Shown piece by piece: positions 20,002 through 28,313 of a stretch of DNA of 59,356 nt (positions within the stretch are counted from its first letter, which is position 1; every line of letters starts with the position of its first letter). This DNA comes from a virus (lineage: Duplodnaviria > Caudoviricetes). Position numbers and translations under genes: made by a program. The notes beneath the pieces were generated by a model. It made no database searches. It was given only the letters and a program-made list of their open reading frames with translations, and had not been told where the DNA came from. The stretch lies in IMG/VR virus record IMGVR_UViG_3300034073_001486, positions 1 through 59,356 of that record. One strand, written 5' to 3'.

Positions 20002-20564
20002 GGGAGGGGGTTCAGCGTGAAGGTGCCATTGGCGTTGATGGTGACCGTGGCGACATTGGTTGTGGCACAGCCGTTCTGCGATCCCGGGCTCACGGACAGC
20101 GTTTGCTCTGTCGCATTGTCCCCGACGCACTGAACCCGCACCGTGACGTTTCCGCTGCCGCCGGCCGGCGTGTACCATCCGGCATTGAGACTCACGGTCG
20201 TCGATCCGCTCCACTGGTTTGCAGCCAAGGCGGCGCCAAACAGGATGGTGACCGTCTCCGCCTCAGACCCGCCCGTGTTGTCCGTCCACCCGGTCATGTA
20301 CGTGGTCGACGACGCACCGCAGTCGTACCCCACGGTGGTGCCCAAAAAGGTGGTGCCAGTGTCTAGGTCGCTCTGGCCGGTGTTGCTCCAGTCGTAGGTG
20401 ATCAGGAGAGATTCACACCCGCCACACGGTGTCGCCTGGCACACGCCCGAGCAGCAGTACTCGCCAGCCTGACAGCAGGTGCCCGTGGGCCCACCACAGC
20501 AGCACTTGCCTTGATCGCCCTCGGCACAGTCCACGCCACCGCAACAACACCGGCAACAGGCCAT
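19998..20564 (-). CDS. Cys-rich protein with beta-rich C-terminal domain
   Basis: 16 Cys in the first 50 aa; AGGAG RBS. Confidence 0.75.
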   Translation of the reverse strand: MACCRCCCGGVDCAEGDQGKCCCGGPTGTCCQAGEYCCSGVCQATPCGGCESLLITYDWSNTGQSDLDTGTTFLGTTVGYDCGASSTTYMTGWTDNTGGSEAETVTILFGAALAANQWSGSTTVSLNAGWYTPAGGSGNVTVRVQCVGDNATEQTLSVSPGSQNGCATTNVATVTINANGTFTLNPLP

Positions 20565-20952
20565 GAGACACTCCTACCAACGAGTGCGACACATGGGGGC
20601 CAGAGGCTAGAAAAAATGCGGCAACCAACGCGGCGACACGCGGCGACAGACGGGCCGCAGGAAGCGAGAGACACGGGGAAAACCGTATGGGGGCGGAGAG
20701 GGTGAAAAAAGTCAGGAGGGGATATGACATGAATACGCTGTCGCGCCGGGGGGCCCTGGGGGTGCCTTTGTGCGTGGTGGCATGATCGGCGGAGTGATCG
20801 TAACCCGTTGCCACCACAAGACTTAGTGGCTTCCGCAAGACTCCTCTGGGAAACTGGCGGTTTTCCGTCATGCTTTTGGCGGTTTTCTTTCACGCCTTTC
20901 GGCGTCCGCGTGCATTGCCCCCCACGCTCCCCCTCCCGGTCGGCGCAGGAAA

Positions 20953-20980
20953 AACCCTACCCCCTCGCGAGGGTAGGGTT
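20953..20980. other. Inverted repeat centred on TCGCGA
   Basis: aaccctacc(cc)ctcg|cgagggtagggtt. Confidence 0.7.
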
Positions 20981-21006
20981 CGATGGTCGCCGGTCGGCCG
21001 TCCAGC

Positions 21007-21765
21007 CTATCGGCCGCTGAATGCCTCCCGCATGGTGTCGGCCGTTACCCCTGCCGGAATACGCTTCTGGGTTGTCGGCATCGCCCGATTCAGAATCGTA
21101 CCCCTACGCTGAAAGTTGAACCGCACATACCGGCGTATTTCAATGTCCGTCCGGTCGGCATGCCTCGCCAAAACATCCAGCGTATACCCTACGCTGTTTC
21201 GCGTCTTGAACCAGCGGCAACGCTTGTCTGCATAATCTTGCAAAACGGCCGTCATGCCCCCCCGGAGTTTATTCGGGAGGCCCTTCCGGGATCGACGCGC
21301 CGAGGCATTTTTCGGCAGCACAAGTTCCCCACTGGCGGATTCAATGGCCGAAACCAGCAACGCAGGATCGGCCGACCTGCTGGCCATCCCTGCCCCCCTA
21401 GAATCGTCGGCATCGCGCCGCCGATGGTCTGCTGCCGATCCCTGCGCCTGCCCCGGTTGCCTCCAATGGCGAACGCGGGCCCGTCCGGCATGAAACAACA
21501 TCGCCCGCAAGTGACGGCCGATTTCCGAAAGCGTAGGGGGGAACAACGTCCGGCCATTCCGGGCAATGTAGTCTAACTCGCGGCCGATCCAGTCGTCAGC
21601 CATCCATTCCAGAATGATACTCTGGCGAACATCCTCCCGCATGCTGTCCGGGAGTGGTGTTTCGCCGTTTGCCGATCCGTGCCGATTTAGATAGCGATCT
21701 AATCTCGCCAGCACGGATTCAAGGTCGGCCGCTGAAATGGTAACGGGGGTATAGGCATCGTTCAT
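21007..21765 (-). CDS. Hypothetical basic protein divergent from the early operon
   Basis: GGAGG RBS before MNDAYTP; 252 aa. Confidence 0.65.
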   Translation of the reverse strand: MNDAYTPVTISAADLESVLARLDRYLNRHGSANGETPLPDSMREDVRQSIILEWMADDWIGRELDYIARNGRTLFPPTLSEIGRHLRAMLFHAGRARVRHWRQPGQAQGSAADHRRRDADDSRGAGMASRSADPALLVSAIESASGELVLPKNASARRSRKGLPNKLRGGMTAVLQDYADKRCRWFKTRNSVGYTLDVLARHADRTDIEIRRYVRFNFQRRGTILNRAMPTTQKRIPAGVTADTMREAFSGR

Positions 21766-21884
21766 GGTGTCGATCCTCCACAAGTGTGATCGGCCGGGCA
21801 TCGGCCGCTGGTGTCTAATGTATCATATCGGCCGCTGGTGTCTATACCTTTACTATCGGCCGAAACGAACGCCAAAATATTTTT

Positions 21885-22100
21885 CGGATTTTCCCCGGGG
21901 GGTAAAGGATTACTAAATGGCCAACAAACGCGGCCGACCGCACAATATAACGCGGCCGGACGAACGCGGCCGACCGAAACAACGCGGCAAACGGCCGACG
22001 TTTCGGTATGGTGGCGACGATTCTATTCCCCACCATACCCCCGAAAAAAATCTCCGGATTTTCCCCGGGGGGTAAAGGATTACTAAATGGCCAACAAACG
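21885..22100. repeat. Two perfect 46-bp direct repeats (21885-21930 and 22055-22100)
   Basis: cggattttccccggggggtaaaggattactaaatggccaacaaacg present twice, period 170 bp. Confidence 0.95.
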
Positions 22101-22163
22101 GCCCACAACGCGGGGAGAGAACGTATTACTCCTCGCGCATGCGGGCAGGTAAGGAGGTTCATC

Positions 22164-22283
22164 ATGGACGATGATGCCGATGATATCTCTCCGTTGTTCC
22201 TTCTCTGGGAGGAATACGCGGAGCAGTTAGAAAACGACATGTCTCAGGTCGATGACTGGGATGATTGGTTCGATGAGGAGTGA
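22164..22283 (+). CDS. 39-aa highly acidic peptide, first gene of the early block
   Basis: AAGGAGGT RBS; 17 D/E and no K/R. Confidence 0.65.
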   Translation: MDDDADDISPLFLLWEEYAEQLENDMSQVDDWDDWFDEE

Positions 22284-22287
22284 TTCC

Positions 22288-22782
22288 ATGTACCAGCCCG
22301 AGCGGCTGGAGCGGTGGACGATGCCTCGGGATTACTTCGGTGCCGAATGGCCGGAGTACTATTCCGCCGGTGTCGGCCGCTCCAGGGATTCGGACTGCTT
22401 GGAGGAATCTAACTTCCACGCCATGCTGGCAGCCCTCGGTGGCGAATCGGAGACCGTCCAGGTTGTCCGTGAGTCACACTGGGCCGTTGGCTGGGTGGAG
22501 TGGATTGCCATCCATGAGTCCGACACATGGTCGCTGAAGGTAGCCGATGGGCTGCGGATGCGGCTGGATTCTTACCCTGTCTTGGACGAGGGCGACTGGT
22601 CCAACCGGGAATACGAGGAATGCGAACGCGTCTGGTCGGAGTGCTACACCGACCGGGAGCGTATTCGCTACCTGCGTGATCGCGGTGTTACACGCGGCTT
22701 CCGTGAACTACGGGCAGCCGTCAATGGCGACTGGCATGAGGCATGCAATCTGCTGCCGTGCCCGTCTGACCTGATCTCCTGA
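22288..22782 (+). CDS. Hypothetical early phage protein
   Basis: GAGGAG RBS; SRDSDCLEESNF, HWAVGWVEWI and YPVLDE motifs. Confidence 0.75.
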   Translation: MYQPERLERWTMPRDYFGAEWPEYYSAGVGRSRDSDCLEESNFHAMLAALGGESETVQVVRESHWAVGWVEWIAIHESDTWSLKVADGLRMRLDSYPVLDEGDWSNREYEECERVWSECYTDRERIRYLRDRGVTRGFRELRAAVNGDWHEACNLLPCPSDLIS

Positions 22783-22787
22783 GGAAG

Positions 22788-22977
22788 CCCGGGGGTGGCG
22801 TGGAGTCGATCCCACGCTGCCCCCGGGTAGGACGGTGTCTGAATAGCCCCCTCTGGGCAAAACGCATTCGACGGAGTGCGTAGTCAACGCTGGGAGAGCC
22901 GCCACCGCCCGTGCTAGCCGGCATCGGTGGCCTGTAATCCAACCGTTCGCTCAGAGGGTGCTATTCGGCTGCCGTTC
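22788..22977 (+). ncRNA. Candidate structured RNA (16-bp hairpin plus 29-bp closing stem with internal hairpins)
   Basis: Long stems whose non-Watson-Crick positions are mostly G-U on the + strand. Confidence 0.55.
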
Positions 22978-23009
22978 GGTAGTCGTTCTCTCTAACGATG
23001 AGGTGCTAC

Positions 23010-23894
23010 ATGGGTTACCATGTCGCCCGCATCGTCCAAGATGGCGAAGGAAACGCCAAGATTCGCCACGGGATGCAGGACTATAAAGTCTGCACCGTGT
23101 CGCTGCTGGCGTCCGATGCTTCGGGGTACAACATGTGCCCCAAGGCATACCCCATCACGCGGTTCCGTGAACTGCGTGCGACGGGCTGGACGCTGGAGGC
23201 TATCCGCGAGGATGCACAGAGCAAAGACTTAGCGCTCTGCTCTGTGCCCTGTGTCACCTCCCAATCTGGGCAGGGTGCCATTGGTGAAGTGCCCGAGATT
23301 CGGGCCAATCTCACCCGCTGGTACGTGGAGAATCGGGAGGAGTTTCGCAGCCATCTCTTGGACGAGTTGCGGGGCTATGTTCGCCGAGCCGGGGATGCTG
23401 TTGTCGCATGCCGGCCAAACCTGGATTCCGATGCTCCTTGGGAGCGGACGATACCCGAGATGTTTGACCTGCCGATCCGCTATTGGGACTACACCAAGGT
23501 TTCCAAGCGGCTAGGCAAGGTGCCGGGTAACTATCACCTGACCTATTCGGTCAGTGAGGCTACGACGGCGGAAGACTGGCAGCGGGTCTACGACACGGGC
23601 AGTTCCATATCCGTCGTCTTTGACTCCGAGTGGATGCCGAGCGGCAAGCAGCAGTACCACAGGTTCGGGCGGCTTCCTAAGTGGTACACCGACCCGAATG
23701 GGTATCGGTGGCGTGTGGTGGACGGGGACAGAACCGACCTTCGGTTCCTGGATCCTGCCCAAGTCTGCGTCGGCCTGAGGTTGAAGGGCCGCAAGTGGGA
23801 ACGCTGGTTCGCCCGGTGGTCCGGTTTTGCCGTCAGGCTGCCCCGTGCGTTGCGGGGCGTGTTCGGGAACATTCATCCGGCGAATGCCGCGTGA
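23010..23894 (+). CDS. Gp88-like phage protein (radical SAM-related fold)
   Basis: CP...CxxxC, RPNLDSD, WDYTK, NYHLTYS, VVDGDxxDLRFLDP and VGLRLKG motifs. Confidence 0.7.
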   Translation: MGYHVARIVQDGEGNAKIRHGMQDYKVCTVSLLASDASGYNMCPKAYPITRFRELRATGWTLEAIREDAQSKDLALCSVPCVTSQSGQGAIGEVPEIRANLTRWYVENREEFRSHLLDELRGYVRRAGDAVVACRPNLDSDAPWERTIPEMFDLPIRYWDYTKVSKRLGKVPGNYHLTYSVSEATTAEDWQRVYDTGSSISVVFDSEWMPSGKQQYHRFGRLPKWYTDPNGYRWRVVDGDRTDLRFLDPAQVCVGLRLKGRKWERWFARWSGFAVRLPRALRGVFGNIHPANAA

Positions 23895-23902
23895 GGTGTG
23901 AC

Positions 23903-24127
23903 ATGGGGTACACGCTGACGGACTCCAAACTGCGTTCACTGAAGGCCGCCGTGACCAAGGCGCAGAACAGGCGGGATTGGCCAGGGGTGATCATTGCCTG
24001 CGACAGGGCAGAATCTGCCTTCCGCAAGCACGGGCACCCGGATTGCTGGGCAGACTTTGTGCGGCATCGGGAAGACGCGGAGGTGCAAATGAAACTGCTG
24101 TCGTTTACGGGCCCGATCTTTTCTTAG
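23903..24127 (+). CDS. Hypothetical early protein
   Basis: GAGGTG RBS. Confidence 0.6.
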   Translation: MGYTLTDSKLRSLKAAVTKAQNRRDWPGVIIACDRAESAFRKHGHPDCWADFVRHREDAEVQMKLLSFTGPIFS

Positions 24128-24137
24128 GAGGTGTGAT

Positions 24138-24383
24138 ATGGCGAGCGTGACAAGCCGCCTCGTACGAGCGGCTGACGATCTGCGTGAACTGCGGATCGAC
24201 CTGCACAACCTAGCGATCCGGCTGCTGGAGGACGATGCGGGCTTGTCCGCTGAGTCTTACTGGCTGCTGGATCAGGTGTTTCAACGGGTAGGCGGGCTTG
24301 CAACGCTCACTGCCCGCAAGCGTAACGACGGGCGGTTTTATCTCTCCCCTATGGCACAGGTGACACATGCCGGAACTGACTGA
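24138..24383 (+). CDS. Hypothetical early protein
   Basis: AGGAGGT RBS. Confidence 0.65.
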   Translation: MASVTSRLVRAADDLRELRIDLHNLAIRLLEDDAGLSAESYWLLDQVFQRVGGLATLTARKRNDGRFYLSPMAQVTHAGTD

Positions 24384-24570
24384 CCTGGAGCAGGGCAGGT
24401 GCTTTGTCCTGCTCAGTGACTGCGAGACATGGGACACGGTGCAGGACTGCGTGGTGCGGTTCTCAACCGCAGAGCAGGAGGATGATCGGGAATGGGGCGA
24501 CCGGATCGAAGGATACCGGGATATCTCCATCGAAGAACTGGTGCGGCATTACCTTGCTACAAAGGGGTGA
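24367..24570 (+). CDS. Hypothetical acidic early protein
   Basis: AGGTG RBS; coupled to neighbours. Confidence 0.6.
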   Translation: MPELTDLEQGRCFVLLSDCETWDTVQDCVVRFSTAEQEDDREWGDRIEGYRDISIEELVRHYLATKG

Positions 24571-24573
24571 GAT

Positions 24574-24879
24574 ATGGCCTACAACGGCTGGACGAACTAC
24601 GAAACGTGGAACGTCAAGCTCTGGATCGACAACGACCAGGGCGAACAGGAGTTTTGGCAGGAGCGGGCCGAGGACTGCATTGCCAACACGGACGATGACG
24701 GGGATGCGATTGCGGCCCTGTCGAACGAGTTGGAGGCGGCGTACGACGAGCTGTACGAACAGCAGAAAATGCCGCCCGGCCCACTGTCCGACATCCTGCG
24801 GGCGGCGTTGTCTGAGGTGAACTGGCATGAGATTGCCAGCCATATGGTCGAAGACGCAAAGGAGGTGAGTGATGCGTGA
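24574..24879 (+). CDS. Conserved acidic phage protein (YNGWTNYETW family)
   Basis: YNGWTNYETWNVKLWIDND...VNWHEIA. Confidence 0.75.
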   Translation: MAYNGWTNYETWNVKLWIDNDQGEQEFWQERAEDCIANTDDDGDAIAALSNELEAAYDELYEQQKMPPGPLSDILRAALSEVNWHEIASHMVEDAKEVSDA

Positions 24880-25099
24880 CAGCGTGTCCTTCCGTGCCGA
24901 GGTGGCGTGCCGTGCTGCGGTGGCGTGGTGTGCCGAGGACATCCAAACCCTGCGGCCAGGGTGGAGCGATGCCGAATGTATCGCGTGGCTGGAGTGGAAC
25001 GCAGACGTTATCCAGACCCGCATGATCGAACGTGGCTGGGATGTGATCCATGATCTCTTACTGCGGGAGGAAGACGATGCCGCCGCTGAAGATAGGTAG
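24872..25099 (+). CDS. Hypothetical early protein
   Basis: GGAGGTG RBS. Confidence 0.65.
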   Translation: MRDSVSFRAEVACRAAVAWCAEDIQTLRPGWSDAECIAWLEWNADVIQTRMIERGWDVIHDLLLREEDDAAAEDR

Positions 25100-25289
25100 T
25101 TATACCCTGCCTGACCCCGATGTTATCGGACAGGCAGAGTACCGTGCGCTCTGGGAACACCTGGATTGCAACATGCTTGATGAGCATTCCGCCACGGCTG
25201 TGCCGGAAGCGATCTACATTTTGGAGGAGATGAGAGACTGGTGTGCGTCTTTGATTACCGACATCACACATGGAAACGGAGGTGAGTGA
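25077..25289 (+). CDS. Hypothetical early protein
   Basis: GGAGG RBS. Confidence 0.6.
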   Translation: MPPLKIGSYTLPDPDVIGQAEYRALWEHLDCNMLDEHSATAVPEAIYILEEMRDWCASLITDITHGNGGE

Positions 25290-25453
25290 TGGCAGAAAAA
25301 GTGTACGAGTTTACGTTCATGTGCGTTCAGGCTGCCGAGACATACGAGGAAGCCTTGGAGGCTGCCTTGCAGTACCTGTACGAGCAGCCTGTTGAGCCGA
25401 CTGCGTGGCGTGAGTTGGGCCAGTCCGAATACGAGGAGGTGAGCAATGCGTGA
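25289..25453 (+). CDS. 54-aa acidic early protein (MAEKVYEFTF...)
   Basis: Translated by hand; GGAGGTG RBS, TGATG coupling. Confidence 0.6.
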   Translation: MAEKVYEFTFMCVQAAETYEEALEAALQYLYEQPVEPTAWRELGQSEYEEVSNA

Positions 25454-25784
25454 AGATAGCGTGCAGGTGGGGCGGTTCGACGTGCATGGCGCGTCGTTCG
25501 TCCTGTGCCGGGTGAGTTACAGCAAGGGGCGCGGGTACTTCTTTGCCGCTGATCCATGCGAAGACATGGGCGACGGTGTGATCTCCATCAACCTGGGTGA
25601 TGTCTATCGGGCGGGCAGGCTGGAGCTACTGAAGGAGGCCAAGCGGTTCTCGCAGAAGACCTTCGATGAACTGGCAGCCAAGTGGCGTGCGGCGTGTGAT
25701 GCCGAGGCCCCGGAAGTCATGCGACATGTGGCCGAGGTGACCGAGCGAATGAAACCGGAGGTTCCCCATGTGCCCTCAGTGTAA
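25446..25784 (+). CDS. Hypothetical early protein
   Basis: GGAGGTG RBS. Confidence 0.65.
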   Translation: MREDSVQVGRFDVHGASFVLCRVSYSKGRGYFFAADPCEDMGDGVISINLGDVYRAGRLELLKEAKRFSQKTFDELAAKWRAACDAEAPEVMRHVAEVTERMKPEVPHVPSV

Positions 25785-25885
25785 CTGCTGTGAGGTGGCC
25801 TGGGCTGCCCCGCTGGGATCGTTATTCCATGCCTGCTGTAGGGCATGTGGATGGGTGTATACTACGGACCCCGAGGAGGTGTGTG

Positions 25886-26113
25886 ATGAGGTCCATGACT
25901 AGCGATTACCTGCTGTCCATACCCGGGCAGTATGCCGTGCGGATAGAGGCCATGCTGCATGACCGGCTGGAGCAAGCGTTCCAGGCAGCCCGGTCTGAGC
26001 AGGAGCCGGTGCTGAAGAGTGAACTGTACAGCGAGGCCGCCATGTATGCGGACATGCTGGTGTGCTTTGCCGAGGCCGAGGAATGCGAGGAGGTGAGCGA
26101 TGCCAACGATTGA
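25886..26113 (+). CDS. Hypothetical early protein
   Basis: GAGGAGGT RBS downstream of a TATACT box. Confidence 0.6.
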   Translation: MRSMTSDYLLSIPGQYAVRIEAMLHDRLEQAFQAARSEQEPVLKSELYSEAAMYADMLVCFAEAEECEEVSDAND

Positions 26114-26282
26114 ACTGACAGACGAGCAGGCGGAGGAGTTGAAAGACTCTCTCAGCCATGACATCGACTACTATGACCGTGAGATTGCCAATGCGGAGAA
26201 GACTGGCGACGAGGACATCATCATGTTCCGCCATATCCGCTCCGTACTGTCCGACATCCTTCACCTACTGGAGATTGCGTGA
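26100..26282 (+). CDS. Small acidic protein (MPTIELT family)
   Basis: GGAGGTG RBS. Confidence 0.65.
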   Translation: MPTIELTDEQAEELKDSLSHDIDYYDREIANAEKTGDEDIIMFRHIRSVLSDILHLLEIA

Positions 26283-26593
26283 TGGCACATACACCTGGGC
26301 CTTGGTACGTGGGTAAGTATGGAGACAACGACGCCGACGTCTGTGCCGAAGGCGGGCCTGTTATCTGTGCGATGCGAGGAGGGGCGGCGGAGCCCACGGA
26401 CCCAACGTCCGACGATGACGCAGCCCTCATTGCCGCAGCCCCAGACTTGCTGGACGCGCTTCTGTCGTTTGTGGAACTAGACGCGGACGGCAGCCTGCAT
26501 ATCGACGGCAGCCCAGCGACAGAAGACCCGGTGATCACCGCCGCCAAGCGGGCCATCGCCAAGGCAGAAGGGAGGCACCATGCCGACACTTGA
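26282..26593 (+). CDS. HTPGPW...LIAAAPDLL family phage protein
   Basis: Characteristic N-terminal and internal motifs. Confidence 0.75.
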   Translation: MAHTPGPWYVGKYGDNDADVCAEGGPVICAMRGGAAEPTDPTSDDDAALIAAAPDLLDALLSFVELDADGSLHIDGSPATEDPVITAAKRAIAKAEGRHHADT

Positions 26594-26756
26594 CCTGACC
26601 GAAGCCGAGGCCGATGCCGTGCGGTGTGCCCTGTCGGTTTTTGCCGACCGCATGGGGCAGTGCTACCGGGCAACACAGCACCCAGACTACGACGACCAAG
26701 AGCGACTGTGCGATGCGGTGGTAGAGAAACTCAACAGGGCAGAAGGGAGGGAGTGA
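26580..26756 (+). CDS. 58-aa protein (MPTLDLT family)
   Basis: Translated by hand; GGAGG RBS, TGATG coupling. Confidence 0.6.
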   Translation: MPTLDLTEAEADAVRCALSVFADRMGQCYRATQHPDYDDQERLCDAVVEKLNRAEGRE

Positions 26757-27070
26757 TGGCACATACACCTGCACCTTGGTGGATTGATGAGGACTTAGAC
26801 TGTCTCTGCATCTGCGATGGCGAGGCCAATGAGTTTGGCGAACGCGAGGAGATCGCAGTGCTGTACACCAACCGCCCATCGCTTCGGGCGGTACAGCCAG
26901 CTAACGCCCAACTCATCGCAGCCGCCCCAGACCTGTTAGCTGCGCTGAAGCAAGCGGTCACTGCGTTGAACGTGGCCAAGCGCTTCAAGGTTCAAGACAC
27001 GGACAGCTATCAGATTGCATCCGCGTGCGATGCAGCGATTCGGAGGGCAGAGGGGAGGACCGATGGTTAA
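26756..27070 (+). CDS. Second HTP(G/A)PW...LIAAAPDLL family protein
   Basis: Paralog of 26282..26593. Confidence 0.75.
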   Translation: MAHTPAPWWIDEDLDCLCICDGEANEFGEREEIAVLYTNRPSLRAVQPANAQLIAAAPDLLAALKQAVTALNVAKRFKVQDTDSYQIASACDAAIRRAEGRTDG

Positions 27071-27260
27071 CTTGCAACTAACGCTAGATCAGTACACTTA
27101 CCTGCGGCATGCGGTAAGGCGTGACCTGGACACACTGGAGGAGATGGAGGCGTGGGAGATCGATGACAACGGTCCCGGGCATGAGCGGGAGATCCGGCGC
27201 TGCAAGGCACTGGCCAAGCTGCTGGATAACGTGGAGCAAGAGCAGGTGATCCTACACTAG
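27063..27260 (+). CDS. Small protein (MVNLQLT...)
   Basis: GGAGG RBS. Confidence 0.6.
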   Translation: MVNLQLTLDQYTYLRHAVRRDLDTLEEMEAWEIDDNGPGHEREIRRCKALAKLLDNVEQEQVILH

Positions 27261-27309
27261 AGGGCAATTCGTTCCGGCTGTTTGGGCCTCGGCCCCGAAG
27301 GACGACACG

Positions 27310-27348
27310 GGTGGCGGCGATGCCGGATAGCCGCCACCTATTTTTCTT
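27310..27348 (+). terminator. Intrinsic terminator
   Basis: GGTGGCGGC...GCCGCCACC followed by TATTTTTCTT. Confidence 0.7.
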
Positions 27349-27359
27349 GGAGGTAAGTG

Positions 27360-27605
27360 ATGAGTGACAGGCAAAAGCTGGCGGCGCTGATCGCCGCAGC
27401 GAGGGGCGTCAATGACGCGGTGATGCGTGACCCTGGCGGGTTCTGCGTGGAAACTCTCCACGCTTTGGTGGCTTTGTGTGAGGCAGCAGGATTGCCGGAC
27501 TGCTCCGGCGTGACAGCCGTAACCGACTGGGAAATCAGCGGCGAGGGCGAAGAGAACGTGCGATTCTTTGGGGCTGGCGCCCATGTCGACGCCGAGCAAA
27601 ACTAA
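27360..27605 (+). CDS. Hypothetical protein
   Basis: GGAGGT RBS. Confidence 0.6.
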   Translation: MSDRQKLAALIAAARGVNDAVMRDPGGFCVETLHALVALCEAAGLPDCSGVTAVTDWEISGEGEENVRFFGAGAHVDAEQN

Positions 27606-27616
27606 GGAGGCAGCAG

Positions 27617-27838
27617 ATGACGAGAGCATTTCCAACCGATGAGTACTATGACGAGCGGCGCATCGGGCAGCATGAGGGCATGGAACTACGTGATTTCTTT
27701 GCCGCCCACGCGATGGCCGGACTTCTCGCGCCGAATGTTCCGTGGGACGAGCAATCGGTTCCTGTGTATGCAGAAATGGCATACGAATACGCCGACGCCA
27801 TGCTGGCGGCGCGGCGGCGCAAGGGGTCCAAGGCATGA
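27617..27838 (+). CDS. Small conserved phage protein (LRDxFAA...ADAML family)
   Basis: GMELRDFFAAHAMAGLLA...AYEYADAMLAAR; AAGGAGG RBS. Confidence 0.75.
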   Translation: MTRAFPTDEYYDERRIGQHEGMELRDFFAAHAMAGLLAPNVPWDEQSVPVYAEMAYEYADAMLAARRRKGSKA

Positions 27839-28095
27839 GCGACTGGATCAGTTTCTTCGACAGACTGCCAACGGCTGGGCAGACGATCTACTACTACGGA
27901 CCAGACATCGGCGTGTGGCGTGGCGCATACGCCTACTCGCCGTCCGATCCCGTGTCTCCGCACCTGATCCACTGTGGCGAATCGCCAGGAGTTGCAGATC
28001 GCATGGACGCTCCATGGTGGCAACCGTTTGATGGCCAGGACAGGCCGTCCGCACCAGAAGCTCCGTATCCAAGCAACTACCCGGGAGGTGAGTGA
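27835..28095 (+). CDS. Hypothetical protein with DUF551-like N-terminus (WIS...RLP)
   Basis: ATGA coupling. Confidence 0.6.
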   Translation: MSDWISFFDRLPTAGQTIYYYGPDIGVWRGAYAYSPSDPVSPHLIHCGESPGVADRMDAPWWQPFDGQDRPSAPEAPYPSNYPGGE

Positions 28096-28313
28096 TGGTC
28101 GCAGCGTGGATGGTTAGGGGCTACATGCTGGAGGGTGAGCGCCTGTACTTCGATGCGGCGAGGAGGGTGGAGAACTCACCCAAGCTGCGGCCGTACAAGG
28201 ACATCATCCTTGGTGACTGGCCGGAGGGAGACGATCACCTGCGTTGGGTGATCGAAGCCAAGGTGAGTGAGATTGTGGCGTGGGCTAAACAGATACGGGA
28301 GGATAGTGAATGA
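28095..28313 (+). CDS. Hypothetical protein
   Basis: GGAGGTG RBS. Confidence 0.6.
   Translation: MVAAWMVRGYMLEGERLYFDAARRVENSPKLRPYKDIILGDWPEGDDHLRWVIEAKVSEIVAWAKQIREDSE

Noticed and set aside
20720-20780. pac site or genome terminus at the G-run region
   Set aside because: Suggestive composition only; cannot be supported without read data
21780-22140. CRISPR array
   Set aside because: Only two 46-bp copies separated by 124 bp; no spacer series and no cas genes
22905-22945. SRP Alu-like or tRNA-Tyr-like motif (GGTGGCCTGTAATCC)
   Set aside because: Resemblance too short; no SRP helix 8 or cloverleaf found
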